A stretch of 56,884 nt of DNA, counting the filler, from Sphacelaria rigidula (taxonomy: Eukaryota), in NCBI GenBank assembly GCA_964200075.2. It is 4 parts of 4 records of this genome, joined end to end, with 100 filler letters (N's around TTAATTAATTAA, not from the genome) between each part and the next. Parts side by side here need not be neighbours in the genome. Positions count along the whole stretch, not along the records: positions 1 to 14,148 come from CAXNAA020002428.1; 3 more parts are not named here. One strand, written 5' to 3'. Numbering within the stretch: the first letter of the stretch is position 1; every line of letters starts with the position of its first letter. This document shows positions 1 to 11,926 of this stretch, piece after piece. The translations under genes were made by a program, and so were the position numbers. A model generated the notes under the pieces. That model was not told the DNA's origin and searched no databases. It was given only the letters and a program-made list of their open reading frames with translations.

Positions 1-2051
1 CAGACATCCTTCCACACTTGCGTTGCGCTTGTATTTGGTTCCAAACGGTGTCAGGCAGTATGGATGAGCGTTATGTATGGATGAGCGTTATTGATCCACA
101 ACAAGCTTGTTCGAACAATCGTTGCTGCTTTCAACGACGATCTGACTCGAAATTTCGAGCAACAAATGCCCCAAAATACCCCCACCCCTATCGTAGGATG
201 GCTCGCAAATAGTGCATCGGCGGAGAAACATCCTGGGAGCAGCAGAACTTGTCAGTCTCGAGAGTCGAAAAGTATGTTCACATGGCGTGAAGGATACCTT
301 GGGTCGGCGCCCACCACTCGCTCGGCTGTATTTGTCAAGAATCCACTCGAAAGTCTCGGTGCGCTCAAACCGCAAGAGACTGTACCCCAGGATGCAGCTA
401 CGATTCTCGCTATCCACCCCCACCACAAAGAGAAGAGGGCATCCGTATCTGCGAACCACATTACACATGGGGCGGTGACGGCACGCATCATTGAACAACG
501 AAAGTACGGATACGGAGACAGCAAGCGTGGAACATACCTTCTGAATGGCACACGAGCACCGTCGTATCCAACTGGATGCAACCTCCGTATGTTACGCACT
601 TCTGCTGCTGCTCTGTGGTGGCCCAGTATGCATCCACGAGTCTTCCTTCTGCATCCAGTTTATATTCGCAGAACGTACCAGGCTCGCTTTTGAGGGTAGG
701 CAAGAATTCGGTCGCATCCTGTGGAGAGCAGTAGAAATCCTTCTGCACCTTCTGCATCATGTTGTGGACCTGGAACGTGATCATCCACAGCAAACATAAA
801 AAGGGATAGGGAAACAAATGACACGGTAAGGGGTGGATAGGACTCTCCCAAGTGATGCCGAGGGTTGAACCGCCACTACTCATGAATGGTTCGCGATGCA
901 AGAGAACAGATCCCACACGCGCTTCCCGCCCCATCCTCTGTCAGAGTGATCCTCGCTTACCTTCTTCTTCCCATCTTTGCCGAGTAGCAAACCCCCACCA
1001 TCCGCTTCAAGTAATTTGAAAATGTCCCCGGCTAGGAGGCCAGCCGCTGTCCACTTTCGAAAATCTCTTTCCCTCGTTGCAACGATGGAAGTAGGGAGGA
1101 TATGAGGATCGGCCCTTGTGATCGATCCCCGCGGGTCGTGGTTATGATTCTCACGAGACTGGTGGTACGGAATCAAGGCGAGCGGAAGGGGGGGGAGGGG
1201 GTCGATGTTGCCGGGTGCTACACGTGCCCGCGCCCGAAACGCAGAAAAAATATCCAGTTTTTGGTGACTGGGTTCGGACGGCAGCACTCACCACAGTGAC
1301 GTGTGGCGCATCATCCCGGAGAGCCCAGCTGATGCTGACAACGAGTGGACATCCCACCTGTCCAGGAGGTTACGAGTGGAGGCGTCCTTTGAGCACAAAG
1401 TTGCCGACAAGCATCCTGTCGTGCTCACGGTGTGGGGTCGTGAGCACCAACACACGTGTGCTATGGGGGCACGACAAAGAACGTTGCACAAAAATCGTGG
1501 GAACATCGACCTCCAACATCGTGTGGTGAGTCTCTCGTATGATCTACCAACATACGCCAGGTTCCCGACACAGTGTTCACTGACCTTTTTTGATGGATTG
1601 ATGGCTCGACCGTAGCCACCTGGCTTCATCTGATCCTTTATCCGAGGTTGTCCCGAATGCTCGCACTCGATCTTGCAGTAAGTGTACCTCGATCCGTCCG
1701 CCGTCTGCAAGATGAAGGATACAAGTGTTTTCGATCGGGCAGGATTCGTTGATTTTGTCACATCTTCATTGCATGAGGTCTCCTCTTCACTTATTCCGCG
1801 CGAAGAGGCGATGTGCCCAGCGCCGATCGCTCCTGACAGTGTGCCCCATGTGTTCATGACTAATGCCGAGATGGCCACCCCACAAAACGTGCACCGGCAC
1901 CATCCAACGAACCGGCTGCGATCCCACTATTGGGCTCGTTTGCGGCAATTTCGCCCACATGAGAGGCGTGTAGCAGTCCGAAATTAGCTATAACGCCCAA
2001 ATCAGTCGCGTCATGGAGCACGAAACCAGCTTTAACGGCAGTTATGATCAT
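1..2051 (-). mobile_element. Mutator-like (MULE, FAR1/FHY3-type) transposase, spliced, degenerate, runs off contig start
   Basis: Minus-strand segments: KIECEHSG..SKKV (~1580-1690), GCPLVVSISW (~1330-1357) and ENHNHD (~1130-1150) resemble the FAR1/WRKY-like Zn domain. YKLDAEGRLVDAYWAT..YGGCIQLDTT (~540-770) and YGCPLLFVVGVDSENRSCILGYSLLRFERTETFEWIL (~298-450) are the typical MULE DDE N-terminal core. GT donors at ~538 and ~297; frameshifts present. Confidence 0.85.
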
Positions 2052-2476
2052 GGCCTCCGTGCACGTTTTTGGCCGGTTTTGGGGGGGGGGCTATCTCGGC
2101 AGCAGTCTCATGTGATTATCATGTCACCTGCTCCTTGCTGCATGACACCCACCTTTATCACCCGTTGCACCCGCAGCGTCTCATGACCCGCCTGGCGGCA
2201 ATCGCGCAGGAGCTCGGCGAAGACAGAGCCCCAGGTGTCTTCGGGGGAACCTGTGACGATGAATGAACGACCAATCCTCGCAACCAGCGCCGCGCCAGCG
2301 TTGCTCCCGTTGTTTTCTTGGCCCCCTGTGTCCGCAGTATACCCTGGGAATCCTCCCTGTCCGGCGGGAGAACACGAAGAAACGAGTGACAGTACCATAG
2401 ACGCTCCAAGGACGCGCGCGCACTCTCGGCATAGTTTTATCAATCAATGGAACAGTACACTCTTTTGTTCGCACCT

Positions 2477-3434
2477 TTTGCCCGTCCATGCACCCATGCA
2501 GATATTGGCTCGTCGTGCTGGAACATTGATCATCCGCCTCGCTGAATTCCTCGGGGCCACCACGATCGTTTTCTCCCCAATCGCTGCTGTGGTGGTGGGA
2601 GCCGCCGTGCAGCTCCGAACTTCCGTTAGCCCCGTCATCGGCGGGACGCTCGCAATCTCGCCGACGCCGAGAACCGACTTCTTGTGGGAGGTGGGTGTAG
2701 TGGTCACGGTATGTACAATCCTGCTCCGAGCTTCCAGCATCGCTATCACCGGCGGACTGCTCATCATCTCGCCGCCGCCGAGAACGGTCTTGCTCCGTGA
2801 CGCCCGTGTTGTCGTCATGAGAGCCACTATCTTCTGCAGAACTTCCACTCTCTACATCACTGTCGACACGCTCGTTATCTCACCGCCACGGCGAACAGTC
2901 TCCCTCAATGATCTCCATGCTGTCGTCCTGCGAACCGCCGCCGTCATCGAAACCTCCGCCCTCCCCGTCAATCTCGGAAAGCTCACTATCTCGCCGTCGC
3001 CGAGGGCGATCGTCATCACCGATGTCTATGCTGTCGTCATGAGAGCCGCCGTCGTCATCGAAACGTCCGCCCTCCCCATCACTGTCGGAACACTCGCTCT
3101 CTCGAAGTTGGGGAGGACGATCGTCATCACTTATCTCCGTACTGTCGTTATGAGAGCCGCCGTCCTCATCCGAACCTCCATCCTCCCAATCACTGTTGGC
3201 ACAATCGCCGCCTCGCAGCCACCAAGAACGTCCTCTCTCCGTGCATTCGATGTTGCGTTCGTCACAGCCACTGTCCTCATCCGTATCCCCCCCCGACGCC
3301 GCCACACGCTGTGCGTGCGCGGCATCCTTTCTCACGGCCCTCGGGAACATCGTCTGCAATTTCCCACTAGCGCGCGGGAAGACTTCGTAACTCACCACTA
3401 CCTGGCCTGAAGAGTCCCAGTTGACGCCCATCAC
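2477..3434 (-). pseudogene. Acidic low-complexity coding segment with ~6 degenerate 111-bp (37-aa) repeats and one in-frame stop; possibly N-terminal part or cargo of the MULE
   Basis: ORF 2880-3434 (DDDGGSHDDSIDIGDDDRPRRRRDSE..) continues in frame past TGA at 2880-2882, where other repeats have Arg, to MDGQK|gt near 2477. The 37-aa period is also visible in the antisense 391-aa ORF. Confidence 0.55.
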
Positions 3435-3948
3435 CGTCCCATAGCCAGGGTTTAATTTATTGCACCATCCGTCGTGAAGACGGGTGCCGACTTGTATGTC
3501 CTCGGACCCCTAACACAGCGGGCATCGCAGTACATGAGAGCATGTATGGTCAATTCGGGTGAAAACATACATGTGTCCGCAGAATCAGCACAATATCGAC
3601 CGCACATACCCCACCAACAACCTGGTGCCAATATGCTGCCCAATTCTCGCGACAGCCCGGCGAATATTTCGACAGGAACAGACCCAGTATGAGTCATGCC
3701 ACGATAGAGGGGGGGGGTGTTTGCTTCCACGAACAAATGGGCTGATGGGTACGTCAGACGGCTGAACACACTCGTGGTGCGCTTCTACTTGGTTGAGAGT
3801 GGTGCCAAGTAGTATGAACGTGCACTATTTGTCGAAATTAAGCGGGTTTGAACAACCGTTGTCGCTTTCGACGACAGTTTCAGGTGGAATTTCGTGGAAG
3901 AAAACGGCCCCAAATACCCCCCCCCCCCTATCGTAGCATGGCTTGTAT

Positions 3949-5610
3949 TCACAGGCAGATTTTGATGGTATTTAGAAGTCTCGACGCGCTGTCACGAACA
4001 GTTCCCCGCAGGCACACCAGCAAGCCAGTGGTGCCCACCTTCTCTGCATTCCGGCGCGCTCGTGCTTCATACTTCTTCGCCCTCCTCTTGAGCTTGCGAC
4101 GGGCACGCCTTTCGCGGTCAGCCTTGGAATCCCTGTCGATCTTAGCCTCCGCTTCTAGAGAGAGTCTACGCAACCGTTGTTCTTTCGCACGTTCGTCCAC
4201 CTCCGCCCTGGCTGCGCCCTGGACATCGCCCGCCGGAAGCAGTCGCTGCTCGCCGGCGCGTTCCCCCCCCCCCCCCCCCCCCGACCTGCCCGCTTTTTTG
4301 CGCCGTTGGCCCCACTACCGTTTTGGTTCCCACCCTCCCCTGTTTTAGTTTCTTCTGCTTTTCACTGGACATCTGCCGTCCCGGTATTTTCGACCTGTCG
4401 GCTCGCCCGGGCTATCCCCTCTGCTTCCGCAGCTGCGGCCTTCCGCCTGACGTCTGCCACACATTCCGCCTGCACGCGGCAATTCATGCACGGGAGGAGT
4501 GAGTATTAGACGGCATAAATCCATCAACACGGCATAGGCCACTGCTGTGTTTTTTTCGCACGTTCATTTTTAACGCCTCGATGATCGAGAACAGTTTCCT
4601 ATTTTTCGGCTCAGCGAATGTTACCTTCCGCTCGGCAGTGAACCTCTCCTCCGCGGCAATGGCCTCTTCTTCACACTTCCGTGGGTTGTGTGAGTACACG
4701 AACGACGACACAGCAGTATTTCCAAGAGTACAGGAATGGCGAACCAGACGTACGTGAATGACGCAAAGTCAAAACACATTCCAGACGGCGCGCCTTGGAA
4801 CGAGCGTTGCCGAATAAGGGACTCATTTCGGGTCAGCGAGCGCCTTGGAACGCACCCTACAACATTTGTCTTCAGATATCTGAGCGTTTTGATGCAAAAT
4901 ATTAGCGAAAGGTTGCCCTCGAGTCGTGAACAAGGCCTTATTTCAATCTTCCTCGAAATACTTGTTTCCTGTGCCCTCTCCACCCCCCGTTGTTCAAGGT
5001 CGGAGTCCTGCCATTTTATTTAGCATTTACCTGCAGCCATCTTGCCCCCGTCTACGGTAGTGGATCAGGTCGCACTAGGTACATGAAAGCGGGTGAGCTC
5101 GCCCCTTACTCATCAAATATAAGCCCGTCAAACAGATCACGTCAGCCTCGCGCTTATCAAGATCGAGTTCCGCCTGCAGGTCACGAGCAGGAATCCGTGC
5201 ACACGAGGGCGGCGTGAGACGAACGCGGTATGCAACAGATATAGTCGCCCGAGACACCGTGCGGCAGAATTTCGCGGCATCGATGCAGACGCAATGTGCG
5301 TATCGAAGAATGGAGCGTTTGACAAGCTGAAAACAACCTGATACTTTTCTCGCGCCCGTGACTCCAACGGCCTCTCGGCCCGACTCTTTTCCCTCTTCAA
5401 ACCTGTTGTTGCCGACTCTAATTTGTCGAAAGCCATGCTCACGGCATCGTGAGAACGCCTCTCGGCATGTTCGTGGGCTGAGTCTGCCCCGTCCGCCGTA
5501 ACAGGCACGAAATGATTCAGCTCGGGCTGCAACGTTTTTCCGTACAACTCGTGGAATTGTTGTACGCTGTCGAACTCTACGTCCTCACTGGAGCCCCTGA
5601 AGATTTTCAT
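3949..5610 (-). pseudogene. Exon-like fragments of an unknown charged/coiled-coil protein, co-oriented with the MULE
   Basis: Protein-like stretches ending at plausible GT donors: ..ESRAREKYQ|gt (~5337), ..ERFTAERK|gt (~4624), ..ARARRNAEK|gt (~4038). Confidence 0.35.
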
Positions 5611-6009
5611 GGCTATGTGGACCGCAGGATACGGTTTTGCGATGAGGAACGCAGGTATGGAACAAGGTGTGGTTCCAAGTTGTTCCTATTTCTCCCTGGA
5701 CGTTGCTGACTGGAAATCGAAGTGAAGAGGTGGGGTTTGGGGGGGAATCGAAAGAGCCGGGAGGAGGACTACTGCGTTCAGCGTCGCGTTATGCATCCGT
5801 TCAATGGAGGTTGTCCCAGTGTCGATTCTATAAAAGCCGCACTCGTGTTGGGGGATGTGCAGTGTTTGCCTCTGATGTGTCGGCATATTCTCCGTTCGTT
5901 GTACAATCGGTATAACATCCACAACGAAATCGAACGTGTTGTGTTGCGCATGTCCAAACCGTACCCCCCCCCCCGCCCCCGATCAAAATCTTGTAATCCC
6001 GACACCGTT

Positions 6010-6790
6010 GGATGGGGAAAGTGGGACCAGCGCTGTGTGAAAGGGAACGCACGTTTGGGATTGAATGAGGTTGCGTATTCGAGTCAACTCTATAGCGCTT
6101 GCAAACCATACCGTAATGACATCATGACATCATCTACTGTTGTTGTCCGTCTCCTCCGAGCGGGCATCCGATAGGCGATCCCCATCGTCACAAAACTAAT
6201 CGCTGAAATCGCACCAACTGTGTTTGCACCCCCTTTTCACCAAAGTGCAACACCAACTTACTTGGATTGAACACCCTCAGCGGACCTCCTAGGACAGTGG
6301 CCATGATGGGGAATGCGAACTGCTGCGTGAAAACCCCCGGCGCAGACATATGCCGCAAATACCGCACGAACATCAACCGTGCGGTGTCGGTCGAGTCGAG
6401 AGATAACCCGGCGTCCACTGCGGGAGACACGGTCCACCCGGAGGTTGCCAGAACTTCCCTGACTACCGTGCTGTAGCAGGGCCAGGCTCCATAAAAATCA
6501 TATTGATCACCGAGGAACAACTCCATGTACTTGATCCCCGTGATCACGATGGCCAGTCTCAGCTTTTTGGCCAGCCGCAATATGGTCTTCCGACGGTCGC
6601 CCCTCCTACTTTTCGAGATGATCAGCGTCGCGACGGCATTCATGAAACAGTCCCCGTTTTCTATGCACTGGAAAGCGATGCCAACCCTACCACCATCTTC
6701 GGGGTTTGCCCCTTTTCAAAGGACCTCCGTTACTCTGTCGACGTCGACTCCCTTGTTCAGGAGGTCCTCCTTGACCTTGACGACATGCAT
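6010..6790 (-). pseudogene. OTU-like (papain-fold) cysteine protease, disrupted
   Basis: Extending ORF 6188-6643 upstream in frame gives QCIENGDCFMNAVA (G-D-C-F catalytic Cys motif, ~6644-6655). In-frame TGA near 6716 within VTEVL*KGANP. After a frame break, ITVWF...FHTALVP (~6025-6115) is a candidate His strand. Confidence 0.55.
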
Positions 6791-9083
6791 CCGAGGAGGC
6801 ACACGACGGAGGGCCGAAGGGTGAGATTGTGTGTGTCTCTGAAAACATGTCTTCAACGCAAACGGAGTTCCGCGACTTGTACGTCACACCTCTTGATGGC
6901 GTGTCGGGTGGACCTCGATATCGATGACCTTGTTCCCCATCCGCTTCAAACAAAGTACAGTTCCAACACTATGCCATAGTCGATTTGATGTCCCAGTAGA
7001 TATCAACGTTTTTTGCCAGTTTCACATGCGGCTAGTTGACTATCCTCCAAATCCCTCGATACGAAATGCACCGTTCCAAGGGGGACAGAAGCTCGGTGGG
7101 ACCGTTTCATCCCTGTGGAGGGTGGGTAGTATCCCCTCCTGCTCAGGGGTTGAACACCGGTAGGGAAACAGCCCACAGGTAGTCGCTCTAGAGGGAGGGA
7201 GACGGATCCAGCACAATATGAAATCCTCCCAGAAGTCACTCGTCCTCTAGCAGCGGTGTTTTATTCCTCTGAAGAGGTGTGAACTTTCGTGCGGAGGGAT
7301 TTTCGGGGGTAGTCAAATGGCCGCGTGCATTTACGGAGGAAGCCGCTTGCGTGGGAGCCTGGTTGAGTCACTGTGGTTGTGGAGGCGGTATCTCGTTATT
7401 CTGAGGTGCAGTGCATTTTTGCAGGTTCTCAACTGCCAATAGGCCTGCGCTCCTTCTGCGATCGCAGAACAAGCAGAAAAAGAATAACACCGTTTCTTTG
7501 CGCAGAAAAACGGCCGTGGAAAAAAAGAGCAGGAGGACAACAATAAGTCGCAGATTTTTAGAAAATTGAGCAGATACCATCGGAGAAAAAGCGCAATACC
7601 GTTTTCTTTCGCGCCGAAAAACGGCCGTGAGAAAAAATTGCATGAAAACCAGATTATGTCACTGATTTGTGGAAATACAGCAGCCGTTTCAAGTCAACAG
7701 TTGAGCCAGGCTGGTACCTTGAGGAGCCCCGATCAAAAGTCAAGTCAAAACAGGGCTCCCCACGTGGTCCCCCACCGTTTTACTAGCCTAGCTCAACTTT
7801 TCCTCTATTTTGGTGTTGTCTCAACCGTTGGCGGGTCATTTTTTGTGCAAAAGCAGGGGCGGATAAAGGGGGAGGGGGGCGCAGAAAACAGGGAATAGCG
7901 CAGAAAAAGCGAAGAAGAGCGAAACAAAAAAAAGCAGGAAACAAATAAATAAAAAATGCGGAAAACACTTGAAAAAAGAAACACGAGTCATGGCCAAAGT
8001 GCCGACTCCCTTGCCCTTTCCGAATTGTGAATATCACGTTCTCGTCGGGGTTAGCAAAACTGTTTACCCGTGGTTCCTTCACTTTTTTCAACAAAAACGA
8101 GGCTGGCATTATGATCTCCCAGATTCTTGACGTCTTTCGCGCTCTGTTGTGACGGTGGGGTCTATGTCATCGGTGTTCTCCTGTCAAGGGGTATTATACC
8201 CCGTACGTGTTACACCCTGTACTCGTTATGCCCTGTGCGTGATTACTCCATCTTGGGAACGATCGCCGCGTGCTTCCCATCCTACCTTCTCTCTGTTGAT
8301 GTAGTACTGTTTAGCATACAGGCGTATGGACTCGTCTGCACTGTTCCCTACCTTTTACGTACCTGGTCGTACCGGGTGATACCCCAATCGAAACATGCAT
8401 AATTCAGTGACGGTTGTGATTCGTCTCGTGATGTCAAGTTCATGTGCATCCCACGACCATGACGGAGATACGTAGACACATTATCTTGGGTGGTATGCAT
8501 CCATGCGATGTATACCTGGTATAAGTCTGCTAGGACTTCGCCGCTGATGGGGTTATCCTGTTTCCAGGCCCACCTGTTCGCCTCCACTAGCTTGGCGCAA
8601 TCCACGCGTAAACCATGCCGTGATCCCAACTCTGGGGGACGGGCGACAAAAGACAGGACATCCTTGCACTTCGCCAGTGACGTTACAGCGGGATCTACGG
8701 TGAAGCGTTCCACCTTGTCCACAGCTTCGCCGCCGGGGATGTTTTGGTGTCCCGATACGTTCCGTGTCAAGTTGCGTCGTAGGCAACGAGTGTCCCGGCG
8801 TCCACACGGTCTGATGGTGATGATCAACCATCCAGATGTCTGCCATACCAGAATAGAATCTCGCCAGTACCCGCGGTCTGGGATATGGATACTCGGCGAT
8901 CTTGTGGGCAGCTGCACCGTGCAGCTAGGGCTCTGTTAACAAAGCTACGCAGCTGTTCGCTGCGTGTAATGGGTCGAACGACAGGGAAGGCTTTCCCAAG
9001 TGTACACAATAGATTACTGCGTCCTTATGAGGCGGGTGGGACTTCGATTCCTTGAAATCCTACACGGCTTGGGGTGCGGAGTG

Positions 9084-9330
9084 ATGCTACGGTAGGGGTG
9101 CACACATATTTTCCGAGGTTAGAATTATTAGGAGCCCTTTTTCTCATGCAAAACACAACCTATGAAAAAATATGAAAGTACTTCAGGATTACTACTCCAA
9201 TGTGCTGGGGATATCCCGAATCAATTTGTAAATGGGGATGCCCTGACCCATATTTTTGTGCATCTAGAATCGTTAGGAGCCCCTGAAATAGACATAATTT
9301 CTCGAAAAAAGTGCACCCCTACCGTAGCAT
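9084..9330. mobile_element. MITE with perfect 20-bp terminal inverted repeats
   Basis: ATGCTACGGTAGGGGTGCAC (9084-9103) and GTGCACCCCTACCGTAGCAT (9311-9330); related TIR pair at 18300-18423. Confidence 0.75.
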
Positions 9331-9926
9331 TGCTCGTCACAAAGACTGGGTGCCTCGAGGATCAGTCAATGTGCGACAACCAACCAATCAATCGATCAAT
9401 ATCAATAAAACAAAAAATACGGCATACTTGCAGGATATATACATCAATCATCATCATCATTCAGCCACTCTTGTCAAGGTTATAAACTCAGTAACTCGGG
9501 CATGGCTGCTTCAGGGCACAGCCACCAGCGTGTGCCTGGGGAGTCATCTATCCTGCCGTGGGGGTCGCATATTTTACCCCAGATCTTGTTATCCAGGGGC
9601 TCCTAAAGTTGGGAGCTACACAAGAACATGGGTCAGGATATTCCCGTTTTCAAACCCAGTCGGGATATCCCTAGTCCATTAGAATACTTATCGTGGGGTA
9701 CTCTCACATATTTCACAAGCTGTTTTGGGTGAGACAGAGGACTCTCAACAATCCGAACCTCAGAAAACATTTGTGCACCCCCCGACCATAGCACCATTCC
9801 GGAGAGCATGTTTAAAGAGTGCGAAATTATCTTCAGATATACCATTACCCAGGGGTCGGAATACTGTTCCGAAAAAACCATCACCTTCGTAACCGTGGTC
9901 AAGATCTGGGGTAAAATATGCAACCC

Positions 9927-10290
9927 CTACTCACGGTTGAGCCGTGGGTTCGAATCTCCGTGAAGGCACACTACCTTGGGTTTTTTTCGCATCATACCCA
10001 ACAGTGGAGAGCGACGATGTCGTGGGTACACAAAATCCGACCCCACGATCGACAAGGGAGAGGAACCGCTGAACTCCTCTCGCGATAAAAAAATAAGACA
10101 AGCAAACGCACAAGGAAGGTGAAGTACTAAAACGAAATTCAATTCATGATGATAATGATGATAATGATGATAATGATGATAATAAAAACCCTGTGCCTCC
10201 CTCCTGTGTGACCCGGGCTGATACGCCCACATACACACCGAAATATGTAGACGAGCGTCCAGAATAGATGGGATTGACAACAAACGTAGT
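9927..10290 (+). mobile_element. tRNA-derived SINE copy with internal (GAT/AAT)n tract
   Basis: B-box GGTTCGAATC at ~9947; shares CCCAACAGTGG, CCTCCCTCCTGTG and GCGTCCAGAATAG..CAACAAAC blocks with 14375-14779, and the 3' block with 37281-37570(-). Confidence 0.65.
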
Positions 10291-11405
10291 ATCCCGCCAT
10301 GACTCGGGTGTGACATCTGTACACGTTTTGAGTGAACACTCGGCGCAGCACCAACGAACCGCTGGCGAGTTGGTAACACCAGCAAGTTACTGTAGTACCC
10401 GTTGGTCACTAGGTGCACTTCCGATGCGCCTAGATATCCCACCGGGTTGTGCGATGCCGATGGGACTGGGTGCGTTGACGACCACTTGGCCTAGGTGGAT
10501 ATGCAGGGACGAAGTCGGTCACCCAGGCACTCGAGAACATTATCGGCCACTCGTGTGCAGTGTGCAGAGGACACAGGTGATACCCTTCTTGACAAACAGC
10601 TAGCAAACTTCGCGTCAATAGCTGCAGGCGTGAAATATACCACTGTGACAAGTCCTTGCGAGTGGAAACATCACCTGCCCTAGCGGGAAACGTGGCCCCA
10701 TGCATTTATTGCCTTGGCAGTTTCACGCGCGTGGGGTTGTTTGCATGTGCGCTTTAATTTTATTTCGCGACATTAGGCCCTTTAGTGCAATTCCCGCGGT
10801 GGAAAGAGAGGTTCCCGGGCAACCACGCTCACGAAAAAACCCGTGAAGGATCGGAGGGTAGCGGGATCTGCGGTTTGTGTATCGGTACGAATCGTTACAT
10901 AGTGCAACAGATCAAGCTGCCGCATTACAGCGAAACAAGAATCGGATTCAGCGTAGTCGGGAAAGGGAGTGGTAACAACAGTACAGTACGGCCTTTATTC
11001 AACAATATCGTCAAGCAACGCAGCAGGCGGTTGCGTTTTCCCATCCCCCCCACCCAGCGGGAAGTAGTATCGTGGTAACCATGTAGGATAGCACAATGCG
11101 CTTTCTTGCGTTTATACGCATACAAGTATAAGATATTTAAGGGCGTGCGGTGCACAAGGGGCACCAGATTGTAGAAATGCTACTCGAGACGGAGGCGATA
11201 TACCGCCTCTATATTGAGTTCGGGATTAGTAGCATTTCGCACCGTTTCCTTGCATATGCTTGCCGAGGAAAACTTGATAAAATTATTCCGGATTCGCAAG
11301 AGAAGCGAATCTCCTGTTGTTTTGGGGTATCTCATTTATTTGCTTATGGGACCCTTGTCGTGAGATGACGTTTTTGCGTAAAGATGAGGTGAAAGCCGCG
11401 AAAGC

Positions 11406-11410
<5 letters not shown>

Positions 11411-11440
<30 letters not shown>
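11411..11440 (+). repeat. (CAG)n microsatellite
   Basis: About 10 GCA units. Confidence 0.9.
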
Positions 11441-11442
<2 letters not shown>

Positions 11443-11819
11443 TGCTGCGGGTCCCAGGAGTGTGTACAGTCGCGCACGTTTCATAACTGGTATCAGAACA
11501 AAGCACGAGTTGTTACTGCATATGGACGGTGCAGCTCCCATGTAAAGGAACACGGCAGGAGCATCCGACTTTGTCACGACTGTTGAGGTACAAAAAAACC
11601 CTGCCAATTTTTGTGCTGGGTTTTAGTATCACGGGGGATTACACCCCCTTTTATAACAAGTAAAATAGAGCACTCCAACTCGGGCAGATATGGTTCCCAG
11701 GCCGACGACCAACTAGAGATTGCTAAAGCAAAATAGATCATCATATGGAGACAGTAGAAGGTTGTGAGCATGAGACAGATTACATTTATACACATGACGC
11801 TGTTGCCACACTTGCTCAC

Positions 11820-11926
11820 CTGTATATCTCCCTCATACAGAGCTTCGAGGCCCGGGTCCTCCTCTTCGTCCTCCTCCCCTTCCGCGCCGGGTGCACCCTG
11901 CTCATCACTCTCCTCACCACCTTCCC
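11820..11926 (-). CDS. Internal exon of acidic (D/E-rich) host protein, resembling an ANP32-type acidic tail
   Basis: ttttcag acceptor, GEGGEESDEQGAPGAEGEEDEEEDPGLEALYEGDIQ, donor gtgagc; phase matches exon 13651-13800. Confidence 0.65.

Noticed and set aside
2235-3410. 391-aa plus-strand ORF as a membrane protein
   Set aside because: Best explained as the antisense shadow of the acidic minus-strand repeat that is co-oriented with neighbouring genes.
2880-6720. Presumed CGA-to-TGA stops as evidence of CpG methylation
   Set aside because: Only two presumed cases, with inferred ancestral codons; too few to support the claim.
8127-8939. Possible LTR retroelement remnant / 189-aa minus ORF
   Set aside because: No recognisable RT, RNase H or integrase motif by eye; cannot be supported.
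9930-9975. tRNA gene at GGTTCGAATC (also ~14380 and ~37550)
   Set aside because: No complete cloverleaf; each continues into a shared SINE body.
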